NCBI GenBank assembly: GCA_951406725.2
Contig: OX597814.1
Span: 170,686,001 to 170,750,000, forward strand
Source: Octopus vulgaris
Taxonomy: Eukaryota
Direction: 5' to 3'
Length of the DNA: 64,000 bases
The notes under the pieces are model-generated. The model had not been told where the DNA came from and did not search any database. It was given only the letters and a program-made list of their open reading frames with translations. Both the position numbers and the translations under genes were made by a program. This document shows, in pieces, positions 49,137-61,500 of this stretch (positions within the stretch are counted from its first letter, which is position 1; every line of letters begins with the position of its first letter).

Positions 49137-50017
49137 GATCACTATAAACAAATAATCTGTGCAGGCTGTTCAGCAAGAAATTGCAGAACATTTAGTTATC
49201 AAACAGCTAGTAAGCAGATCTGTAAACGTAGTGATAATCATACAAAAGGATATATAGTTTATATTATCTTGTGGTTTGAGTTAGTTAAAGCAGGGGCTAA
49301 AATGCTTGGGGAAGAATACCTAAAACATTATTTCAAACAGAATACAATTTGAATTACCATTTGGTTTGGTTTACCATTTCTATTAACAGTTCTTTAACAA
49401 GCATATAAATGTGTATGTAATAAAGTAGATGTGAATATAGTTATATGGATACGTTTATGTCCGTGTCTGTAGTCACCTGCCTTATATCGATCATATATAT
49501 ACGAAAATAGTCTTAGAACTGTGCATAGACACATTTGCAATAATTTAACTGTCTATACAGCAACTCTAAGTGAATATAACATGCAATTTAAACAAATTAC
49601 TTAAAAAAAAAAAGAGAGAAAAAAATCACGTAAAATTATTTTGGTTTGGAAGAAACCAAAAACTGATTATGCTAATAGTTGTTGCTGAACACTGCAAAGA
49701 AAGAGAGGGATGTGTGTGTGTGTCTGTGTGTATGAAGACAGATAGCTATATTCTTTTACAAATTCCTGTTATTGGACTAAGGCTATGCTGAGACATTGCC
49801 TTCAAGTATGTTAGTCAGAATATATGGGAATGAGTATTTTGGAGAGAGAGAGAAAGAGACTGTGTGAGTATGTATATGTGAGAGAGAAAGAAGAAAAGTT
49901 ATAAAAAAACGTGATGTCAGAACCTAAAGATAATCCTTAAGAGATATTTAGGATAATGTGAAACGGTTAAATTTATAACTTGAGTTTCAAAGATGGAAAG
50001 GAGAGAGGGAGAGAGGG

Positions 50018-50066
<49 letters not shown>

Positions 50067-50414
50067 GTAGTACATACAAAATAAGGATAGGGTGAAGTTT
50101 CTGACAAACACATGTATACAAATATATATATATATAGTGAAAGAAAATATCCACATGAAAAATATATTCTTCACAACGGCAATTCCATGCTGGAGCCGAA
50201 GAGACCGAATGGTGAAAATACAAAGATGAAAGGCTCCAGACTGTCCTCTATGTGTATGTGTGTGTATGTTTGGTATTGAGTGACATAGAGAATGTGGCGA
50301 GATGCAACTGAGGAAGGGGTGCTGGTGAATCCCTGCTATATGTTTACAGACATTATTTGTGTGCACAAAAACACACATGTACCCATTCTTGTATCTCTCT
50401 CTCACACACACACA

Positions 50415-51125
50415 AAGTCCCTATTCTTTCTATGTGTTAGCATGCATTCTATATTTCTGCACACACAAAAATTCACACATGCACCAAATGTTCTATCATT
50501 CATCACACACAATCACTCATGGACATATGCATACGCACACACATTCAGATACACATATGCATACTTAAAAGCATTAACACACACACACACACACAGAGTC
50601 CCTATTCTATGTGTTAGCATGCATTCTATATTTCGGCACACACAAAAATTCACACACGCACCAAGTGTTCTATCATTCATCACACACAATCACTCATGGA
50701 CATATGCATACGCACACACATTCAGACACACATATGCATACTTAAAGGCATTAACACACACTCACACACACAGAGTCCCTATTCTATGTGTTAGCATGCA
50801 TTCTATATTTCTGCACACACAAAAATTCACACATGCACCAAATGTTCTATCATTCATCACACACAATCACTCATGGACATATGCATACGCACACACATTC
50901 AGACACACGCATATGCATACATAAAAGCATTAGCACACACACACACACACAGAGTCCCTATTCTATGTGTTAGCATGCATTCTATATTTCTGCACACACA
51001 AAAATTCACACACGCACCAAATGTTCTATCATTCATCACACACAATCACTCATGCACATATGCATACGCACACACATTCAGACACACGCATATGCATACT
51101 TAAAAGCATTAGCACACACACACAC
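50415..51125. repeat. Minisatellite, ~178-bp unit x4
   Basis: GTCCCTATTCT(..)ATGTGTTAGCATGCATTC starts at ~50417, 50598, 50775 and 50954; units nearly identical. Confidence 0.95.
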
Positions 51126-52344
51126 ACATACATACACGCACGCAAAGATTGTGTACATGTAAAGGCTAACACCAGACCAAAACATACAAATAACAGCTGC
51201 GCTCAATACTGTCCCTGCAAACTCATTTCAGAAAAACGGCGGTAGAAAAACTGTTCCTGCAATACTGAAAGACATCAATCAATAATGCCACACCAGCACA
51301 ACGCCACCACCATAATCATCACAAGCAGCAGCAGCAGACAAAACCATCCTGAGCTGCTGTTACAAGGTTGGTAGTGGAGGTTGCAGTGATTGTGGTGGTA
51401 GGTGATATGATATGAGAGAGGGGGAGGAAGGACAGAGAGACTGTGAGAGGCAATAAAAAAGTAAATAAATAAATAAATGAATAAATAAAACAGTATGAAA
51501 TAAGAAATGGAAACAAAACAAAACAAAAGAAAGAGTGTTTCTTTCCTGATATAATTCAAAACAGATAAATCAACAAAAACAATGACAAAAATATCTAGTT
51601 TTACAAAACAAAATATATAAAAAAAAAAAGAAAAAAAAAGAAACCCCATAAAATAAAAATTTAAAATTTAGAAGAAAAAAATATAAAGAACAAAAGGGAA
51701 GAAAATAAAGAAAAGAAAGGCTTTCCGAAATTGAGGCGAAAACAACCAAATCTTGGAACAAAAATTCTTTATTCCAAGGAAGGAGTGATACAACAGCCAC
51801 ACAAGTTTATTCTTGGGAATATTTGCAATTTGTCAATGCCATAATGCTAAATGGAACTATGCTTGAAATGTTAGTGCCATCACCACCACCATAATAATAA
51901 TAATAATAATGATAATTAATAATAATAATGGTAATCATAAGTCGTGTTGATTAAAAATGATAAACAAAAATGAAGAGTAAAAGAGTTGGGTTTTTTTCTT
52001 TTTATTCTGATTGGTTAAATATAGGAAGGAAAAAAGATATACTAGAGACAGATACGGTTCGCTTAAATGTAATACATGACTTCATGCATTACAAGAAAAG
52101 AGAGGGGAAAAAAACTGGAGACAGTTTTTGGTGTAAGTGCTTTAGAGATTTTCAAGTTTTAAAGTTGACCATTAGTGCTTGGTTCTTGTCAGCACAGTAG
52201 TGCTGTAAATTTAGGGTTTGAAAATAAAACACCATAAAAAAAAAAAATTTTTTTAAATCAACCAAATAGAATGTGGATTGACTGAGAACAATTATTATTA
52301 TTATTATTATCATTCTTCTTCTTCTTCTTCTTATTATTATTATT

Positions 52345-52802
52345 AAGGTGGTGAGCTGGCAGAATTGTTAGCACATCGAGCAAAATGCTTAGCAGTATTT
52401 TGTCTGTCTGCACATTCTGAGTTCAAATTCTGCCAAGGTCAACTTTGCTTTTCATCCTTTCAGGATTGATAAATTAAGTACCAGTGAAACATTGGGGTCA
52501 ATGTAATTGACTGATCCCCTACCCCAAATTTCAGGCCTTGTGCCTATAGTAGAAAGGATTATTATTATTACTATTTTTATTATTATTATTATTATTATGG
52601 TGGTGAGCTGGCAGAATTGTTAGCACATTGGGCAAAATGCTCAGCTGCATTTCATCTGTCTTTATGTTTGGAGTTCAAATTCCACTGAGGACAACTTTGC
52701 CTTTCATCTTTTGGGGATCAATAAATTAAATGCCAGTCAAGTGCTGGGGATATGTAATCGACTTATCTCCCCCAACCCAAAATGGCTGCTCTTGTGGCGA
52801 AA
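52345..52802 (+). mobile_element. Two tandem family E SINEs
   Basis: GGTGGTGAGCTGGCAGAATTGTTAGCAC..GAGTTCAAATTC..CTTTCATC heads at ~52345 and ~52598, flanked by (ATT)n. Confidence 0.85.
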
Positions 52803-53999
52803 TTATTATTATTATTATTATTATTCACTACAAGGAAGTTATAATAGTAGGGCTGAAGGAGTAATTTGCAAACTGGTATGAATGGCTTTGAACACACAAA
52901 ACTGTGTTTAACCGCAGGCAATAAGAATATGAATTTTTGAGAGATGAATTCCTTTCTTCATCTTGGAAATTTATGATATCTACAATACAAAAGATCTTCA
53001 GGCAGAAGAGAGAGAAATAAAAAGAAGACTACAAAGATACAAAAAGCAAATATAGATCCTGTGGTTAATGGAATATTTCTGTAGTTAGCCACTACTGGAC
53101 AATTTTATCTTGTAGACATTATTATATTGTTTAATTCCAGATCAGCTCTAATCAAGCCAATTTCTGATTAAAGGAGATTACAGTTTCCAAACGTAATTCA
53201 TTGAGGACTATTTTATCTATAATATATCGTCTTGTTTTTAGCAGCAAGTTCTGATTTGAGGGAATTTTGGCTGCTACTTCTAGCATGTTGAATGACCATG
53301 TAGAAACTCCATTGTTGGTTCAGTGTATATTCATATTATTGGATAAATATTAAAAATAATAAAATTGAAGAAATAACAGAATGATACAGTAAGGTGTAGT
53401 TTAGCAGGAACATTAAGATTTGTGCAAAATATACGTCTTTCTGTGAGACATTATTGATTGTTAAACAACTAAAATAGTCTATAGCTAACAAGGCCCTGTT
53501 TCCATTAGTGAGCAACATATCTTCTTGTTTTTCCTCTTCTAAAGTTGTATGCTACAATGGTGCTACAGAATAGCAGCTGCATCAGGTGTTGTCCATCTTC
53601 AATTCCACAAGCTACAACTTCAGAAAGCATGCTGTTTGCAAACATATTCTACCGTAAAGCAATGGTTGGCATGGTAGCTGCTATAGTTCTGTCAATTTGC
53701 CATATTGCAGAGTTGATAAATGTGGACTTCACTTTTATTATCATGTTAGCAGGCATCTTTAGCTGTGTGAGTGAACAAACTGTATAAAAATTCACAACAG
53801 CAACTGCAGTTGTTTGTAGTAGCAACAGCATTACAGTTAGACAGAAATGAGACATCGAAAATGTGAAGAACTGAAGGCAGTCAATTTAGGAAAAGTGGGT
53901 GGAGGGGGGGATACCAATCGCACACATATTCACACATACATACACATACACACAAAAATGCAGCCAGCTACAAATTTTTTGCTAGATCTGAAAGAATAA

Positions 54000-55500
54000 C
54001 TGATGAAGGAAATTTATGGTTCAGTTGCACAGCTAAACCCTGATAGTCATTAAATTTGGTTCAAGTTCCGAGTGGTTTAATTAGACAGTCAAATAATACT
54101 TCATCAGTAAAGATATTCGGGAAATGATAACGATTGAAGAACTTCCAACGACTGAAGATTGTAAAACAGCAAAAGTTCTTTGTTAGTGAAAATAATATGA
54201 GCAAAAAACCTAAATAACTAACAATTAACTAACGCCAGCAAAGGTACTTTTATTTTTAAGAAGATTACTTATTTATCAGAAGAGCTGATGTGCTTAAAAA
54301 TTGGCAAAGATGTATTTTAATCAAGTAAGGATAGCACATAATTTGAAACTGTTATTTAATGGGTCAATCTTAAAATGTTCACTTCCAACAAGAAACTTTA
54401 CAAGAAAATTTGAAACAAGTACCTTGAAACTAAAGTAATAAATAAAACTTTAGCATCAGATTTTAGGAGAGTTGTAGATTTGGTATTATAGAGTTGTACA
54501 ATAATACATTTAGTTTTGATGAAAATGTTTGGATAAAACACTTTAGATTCTTTTATTATATTGCTATTAGTATTAGGAATTCTTTCGCTGTATTTCTATG
54601 TTTCTTGTGCTTTTCTGTTTTTAGTTAAATCAACAAATTACGTTAGTTCATAAAAGGAATCAAGAGGGTACATTCACTTTAGTTTTAATGCTGTTGTTTG
54701 AAATAAAGGAACAAGGGACTGGAAACAATTTGGTAAGTTTTTGTAGAAAAAATATTCTATGTGTTTTTTTTTTAATAGATAAAAACTATTTAATTTTATT
54801 TTTTGATAATTTTATGGTGCAAATTCTGGTAGTACATTGTCTCACATTTTCTCAAGAGAATTATCTGATATCTAAGGAAACTGCAATGAAATTCTGAACA
54901 GAAAAGAACATGGGAATGAAGGACGAAGGCAAGTCGGGCAAAATATCACATAAAATATTTCATGTAACCAGACTCTGATGTGGTTAGAATGGCAAGAAAA
55001 CGGTTCCTGAATACCTAAAACAAAAAAATCAACAACAGAATATGTTAGGGTGACTTCTAACAGATTTTGGACAGAAATTGTTTTCTGTTCAATTTTGCAA
55101 AAATTCAAAAACTGCAGACCAGTTCAAACTCTTACATAAGAACAGATAAACATAAAAGAGAAAAATAATTTGCTGAATTACTTGGAAATGTCCAATACAT
55201 TGAACTAATATGAACTAAATTAACTGAATTCAAGTACCACAAATTTTTAAGAGAACAGCATTAATTCTTGCAAACTTCTCTTTGAACAGAACGGTTTGTT
55301 GCTGCATAAGAAGCGCAAGACTACGTACAATGTAATGGTTTTGGCATAGCTTAGTACTTTTTGCTAAAACAGCTAATGGCAAGAAAGAAGCAAGTCAAAT
55401 TTGATGATAAAAAAATAAATTTCTGTCAATAAGATGTAAATGGAAACACACAGAGAATTAATCTACAAGGGAGTGAAAGTTATTATAAAAAATAAGTAAA
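54000..55500 (-). pseudogene. Possible highly decayed hAT-type transposase remnant
   Basis: A repeat-free 1.5-kb block. Minus-strand patches HYIVRSLAL (cf. hAT HC..H.LAL) near 55330 and WKFFNRYHFPNIF...GFS (cf. dimerisation domain W.....FP.L...ERGFS) near 54150-54030 lie in the expected order. Many stops. Confidence 0.3.
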
Positions 55501-55698
55501 GATACTATCAAGAATTCAAGCATAAAATGGAATGATCATAAATCATTTAAAATATATGAAATATCACATAAAATACTCCTTTAAAAAGTATATTACATTA
55601 GACTTATAAACCCTGCATCTCTCTCTCTTTCTCTCTACATACATACAAGCATACACATATATATGTATGAACATATAAATAGTGTGTGTGTATGTATG

Positions 55699-55729
<31 letters not shown>

Positions 55730-56689
55730 CTATATCTGAATGTATGTAAAAGAGAGATAGAGAGCAAAGTTTGATGACAGAATTAATACAACATTGACAG
55801 CATAGTGCTACTTTAGAATAATACGTAAAGTAGCAGGAGCATTTCAAGTAATTCTTTGAAATGCTTCCTGAAATGATTTATAATAAATAATATATAATTA
55901 GTATATTTAGCGGGTAGAAAAAAATTAATTTGAATAATTTCTAATTTGCAATCTGAGTAGCAGCAGCAGCAATAGTGATATTAGCAAGTTAATAAAGGAA
56001 CCTGTACATGGTGACTTGATCTGCTAAAAAAAAAAAAACAGCAGCCAAATCTCCCTCAAATCATACTCTGCTACCTTAAGAAGAGAACATCCATGCATGA
56101 ATAGATACTCATGAAAAGAATGGGAGAATCTAAGCTGGAATGCCTTTTTGGAATCATAAGCCAGCTCAATGAAGCTTGGCCAAAACTGAACAACAACTGC
56201 TGTAGTAACTATTTATTTGTTATTCTGATTCTTGTTTTGCTATTAAATTGGAAATTAACATTAACAATAGGGAGGAATTTTTGCAGTAAGAGCTTTAAAA
56301 AACTCTTTAAACAAATCTTGAATTCCAAACTGGACACCGTTTTGTAGAGAAAAACTAAATACTATCTGTACATAAAATGTATTTAACTTCAAAGTTATAT
56401 GAAATTGTTAAAAAAAAAAATTGAAAGCAATTAAAAACAATAAATAAAAGATTGGATAGGTAAAAATAGAAACTAATATTGATTTTATTCATTGGTACCA
56501 AAGACAGACTGGCATAGATCAAGCAGACAGTATCCACAAAGTCACAAAGACACCGTTTCTTCTCTTTCTGTCTTCTGTAGTTACTAGTGACCACCACTCC
56601 TCTGAACTAGGTATTTGCATACCCTGTTATCACCTGAAAGTTGCTACAAATGCTGAAATCCATAATCTTGTCAAAACTACATCATAAAG

Positions 56690-57260
56690 ACAAGGATTTA
56701 TTTCTAGAGCCAGGTAATACTCCAGCCAAAATCAGATACTGATCCTCCAAAAAATTCAAGTAAAATCCACATTGGAGTACTGCGCACATCTAGAATATAT
56801 TGCTATTTGCTGCTTTACATGCACATATCCTAGCATGAGAAAATGAAAAGGTTATTCAACTAATTAGAAAAAATTCAGTCAACTTCAGATTTCTGCTGTC
56901 TCATAAACATGCTGTTTCTTTTCTCTGTTCCATTCATTGCTAGTACGTACTACACTCTCAGAGTGGTTGGCATTAGGAAGGGCATCCAGCTGGTTCGCCA
57001 GCCCTCAGTCAAAATGTCCAACCCATGCTAGCATGGAAAGCGGATGTTAAACGAAGATGATGATGATGATGATGTATCTTCTCCACCTAAGTCAGCTACA
57101 CATCCAATCACTCTTGCTATGTCTTGCCTCTCAGACTCAATATTAAACATGTCAACCAATTTTTGCTTCTTAGAATAAAGACCTTTTAGAATTCCCCCCC
57201 CACCCATGTTTTCCGACAGATATTCAAGCCGAACATGAAACAGCCTGGACTTTTGATGTA
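56690..57260 (+). mobile_element. L2/Daphne-like LINE fragment interrupted by an RTE tail (56947-57075)
   Basis: QILILQKIQVKSTLEYCAHL (cf. L.LYKAQ.RP.LEYCSH.W) and LSHKHAVSFLC (cf. L.HRR.V.SL.LFY). Confidence 0.6.
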
Positions 57261-58354
57261 AAGGACATTGCTCTTTCTTTGATTAAATTAATTAAAAAGA
57301 AGAAAAAAAAAAAAAAATTCAAGGCCACATAGTTGTTGATTCAAACCAACACCCAATACAGATACTTATTTTTATCAAGACCAGAAGCGCAAAGATGACC
57401 ATAGCAGAATTTCAATAAACAATTTGAGGGACAGATAATATCACTGAGCTTGGCATCCTAGTGATTTGGCCATCCTCAAGTCACTGATGAGAAAATGCTT
57501 ACAGTAGCTGGTTTATCCAAGCTGTCACTCATCTATGTATTAAAAAGCCTTTATATATTACCCAACTTCAATGAACATATTATATGAGAATCAGTGTTTT
57601 CAAAGTGATATGGCTTTAAGCTGAAATAATACAGGTTACAATAGAAAATAATAGTGAGGAGAAGGAGGAGGAGAAGGACAATAGCAAATGTAAATTAAAA
57701 AGCTAAAAACAAAATTATGTAAATAGTATGCAATTAGGAAACTTTTGGCTATTTCCATATAAAGTCTAGATGGAGGAATGAGTGGTGTTCATTGAGAATT
57801 ATAAAAACAAAACAAACTGACACACACATAGATTTGCTATTTGTATGTGAAGAGTTGAAGTTCAGTATGAAGAATATCAAAAGTTATGCTACATCCAGTG
57901 AAATAATCTAAATCTAGACTTGAGGGATAATTTCTAAACTTTTTTTTGTATCCATCCACTTTTTTAGCATTTTTATTTTTTATTTTTGGAAAGACCAGAT
58001 GTGTAAGACATGGGTGTGACTTGGCTATTAAAGATCCCATCCAGTAGGTAAGTAGGCAGAAAACTAGAACACACACATGAATACGTACAAATATACATAT
58101 ATACTAATATACAAACATTATGTTCTCCGATGGAATCAGAATAGTGAGGCAGTTTCAAAGAATAAACTCTGCTGTTGAATACTCTTATACTCTCATCTCT
58201 GTATCCAAATGTACACATACATACAAATACTCAGTGCACTCTCATGTTAGAATCATGTGAAGCCTATTGTAAATATCATCCTCAAAAATATGAGGGTTTT
58301 ATATGCACACACCCACATACAAATCATAAAATTTATTGGTGTAATATCCAAGAG

Positions 58355-58556
58355 ATGCAGCATGGAGTTTTGTCAGTGAACAGGTCGCGGTCTCAGAGCG
58401 CCAAAAATATTTTGACAAATTAAATTTAAATGTTGAAGTGAATCTAATGGTTTTTGTGTGTTTCTTAAATAGCTTATAAACACCTTCCACGCTGCAATTG
58501 TTTTCGTTCCAGCACACGATCTCAGATCAGGTCACTTGCTATGCAAGTACATCTCC
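58355..58556 (+). mobile_element. Monomeric family H2 hammerhead-bearing element with 14-bp TSD
   Basis: GTAATATCCAAGAG at 58341-58354 and 58557-58570. Body homologous to 10480-10797, including tail CAGCACACGATCTCAGATCA.GTCACTTGCTATGCAAGTACAT. Confidence 0.8.
58369..58419 (+). ncRNA. Type I hammerhead-like motif with G3:C8 core variant (G12>A in this copy)
   Basis: TTTGTCA GTGAACA G GTCGC-GGTCTCAGA-GCGCC AAAA ATAT T T TGACAAA: perfect 7-bp stem I and palindromic AATATT stem III. Confidence 0.55.
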
Positions 58557-61500
58557 GTAATATCCAAGAGTTGTTTTTTAATAAGATCTTTTTTGTTAAC
58601 TTTCTTATAACCCATGATACATTTTTGTGAATGTGTAAAATAGAAATTAAGAAAATTTTTTTTTAAAAATCCCTAAAAATTGTTAAAACTAAAAGGGAGT
58701 GAACAGACATTGCAGTTTATTCAAACATAAACACACACAAATATATAGGGTTAAGAAGTTACTTCACAACCACTTTAGCTATCTTATGGAATTTGGTAGA
58801 CTGAAAGTTGTGTGGAAGCTCATCATGAGTGTGTGTCTTTCGCTGTTGTATATCTGAAAGATGTAACCATCAACTAGAAAACTACACATGTATGTGTGTG
58901 TGTATGTGTGTGCGCGCGCATAGAAACATCTTAGTTCTTTCCAGAAGGTTTTAATATTGTTTCTGCACCAAAGTACACTGACTCCCTTATCATGCATGCA
59001 CATTATTGGAAATGCAGTAAATAAGTGTTTGACCAATTGGAAACCAGAAGCCAATGATGCTTTTGTTCATCAATTGTGATAATAAATGATAAATGACAAC
59101 TACTAATCCATGTCTTTTGTTTTATTCTCTCCTCATGAAATTCCTATTTACAAGTACATACAAAGGTGCAGAAAAATGATCAGGTTCTTGCAAAGAGGGA
59201 ACAATACTTTAAAGATCCACCTCTTGTTCTCACTTTCATAGACACACAACACAAAACCACACAAAAAAAAAAACCTCAAAAGAAAAGGTGCAAAAACAAA
59301 AATAAGAATATCTGGTTTCACACCGAAAACCCCCTAAAAGAAACAAATTTATTAATAAAATATAGAAAATGATAATAATAATAAAAATTGGAGATCGATA
59401 ATGTTCGTAGGCAGATAAAAGTATTTTAAGATGTGTGAGTGTGTATTAATTTAGTAGCGGATAAATAATAAAGCTGCCTATTCACAATAACATTTCTAAC
59501 TAGAAACTGAAGAGTCATTTTCAAGTCATAACATCAATGAAAGATATTTTTATCCTCCTTTGAAAATGTAGCAACCATTCTATAAATAAAACTGGCCATC
59601 TTAAAAGCTAGCTTGTTACACACAAATGGTCCAGGGATTTTATTATTATTATTATTATTACTACTACTACTTTTTATATTTATTAATTTTTTTTTTTTTG
59701 CAAGAAATATATTGCAACTAACTGAATGGTTCATTTTCCATTGTAACTGGCCAAGACCAACACATCTCTCTCTCCCGCTTTCTTTGTAAAGTCTTTCTGG
59801 CTGTCCGTCTGTTTCTATTATTCAAACCAGTCACAAAGGCAGCATTGCTGAGCATTCTAATTCCCGAGAAAATATTCTTTCAAAAGAGAATGCATATTAT
59901 TTAATTAAATTTTTTTTATAAAGCGGATACAGGGAGAGCGTGTGTTCAAATGTATCTCTGGATTATTCATGCAACATTCCTGGCAATAAAAGCCGTAATT
60001 CTCTTGAAATCTACCTTCTGTTTCATTATTTGAGTAAAAGCAATAACAAAAGACAAAAGTTTTGGTTAGCCATTATTTGAATATGAAGAATAAATTGCAA
60101 GTGAAGTATTAAAACCTTCATAACTAACATTTATGATATATAAATAAACTGACTTGTTTTGTTTTTTAACTAGAGAGAACATCATCTAGAAAAGCATGTG
60201 GTTTAAGAAATCCTACTTGCAATTACATAATTCGGGGTCCAATTCTACTGTGCAGCACCTTGGAAAAGTTTCTTTATTAAAACCTCTAGCTGGGAAAAAC
60301 TTTGCAAGTGAAAGTAGATTGATGGAATCTGTAAAGAGACCCAGTGGATGTTAAACTGTGCATCTTCTTGTTTCACCAAACATAACGGCACACTTGGCCC
60401 TTGAGTAGCTTTAGTAAAGCACATGCTGATGCTACGAGTATTTGGACTAGGTTTTCTGCTTGAGAACAATGTAGAGGCTGTGGTCTCATTCTCCACCTTC
60501 TCCTAACCATTCTTAGAGGGCCTGCAAAAACATCATGGGCTGATCTTCCACTACTAAAGTGACCTGCTGAAAAGTCGTTCTACCAGACATATGTGAGAGT
60601 GTGTGTGTGCACATGGGTATAGTCATGTCATTAAGTATATGTTCATTGGCTAATTTTTGTAGAAGACTTAGTATAATTGACTCAACCCACCCTAGAAATA
60701 TTCTCAATGTATTCTTTATTGATACAGCTTCTCACAAGTTAAAAACAAATATGAAATAGGTAAGACTTGAGTTCAGAATTCAGTTGGAGAAAATTAAATA
60801 CAACTTCAGGCATTTTGTAGGAATAGGAAAATGTGAGAATAATCTAATACTTTCTTATTTCTGCAGAATTACAGAAAGGAATTTATTTATACTGCAATAT
60901 GTATTTTGCATATACAATTTGTGACCAATTTACTTGTCCAAATTTTCAGACTAACTATTCTGAGACACCAGCTTTAAGGATTTTAGTCGTTTATATTGAC
61001 CTTACTTAATCTAGTGATTATCAATTTGTTTACCAAATGGTTAAGGCAGTGTTTATTGGTGTAAAGAGACACACCATTTTATACACACACACATATTATA
61101 TATGGCTCAAAGATCAAATAAACACAAAGACGAGGTAAAAACAACAAACAGAGTGTATTGAGCTTATGCTTAGGAAAGAAGGTGAGATGTACATGAATGT
61201 TTGAAGGATCTTGGGAATAAGAAGTTAGCTAGCGGTCCCCAGCCGCAAGTATATCCCTGTTGGGAGAACGTCTTGTTTGCCGTAGATTTTCCACAGACGC
61301 AGGGACAGGATGGATTGAAGCCGCTGGTTGCCGGATCAGACGCTTCTGTTTACCAGAGCCCTGTTAGCCAGGTGCGGCCCTGATACCGCTGGGTGTCAGA
61401 ACAATCCGCCTTGGGTGGCCCTACCAGAAATCAAAGTCTCTGACAGTATAGCTCTGGTTGGAGATCATGCGGTCGTTAGCCTCAAATCGCCAGGCCTGGT

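Noticed and set aside
51200-51270. Two CAGTATT (miR-8/miR-200 seed-match) sites on the minus strand
   Set aside because: The region appears intronic, 7-mers arise by chance, and no pre-miRNA hairpin is evident.
801-52802. tRNA-like sequences with A and B boxes
   Set aside because: They lack complete acceptor stems and run into shared repeat bodies, so they are SINE heads and not tRNA genes.
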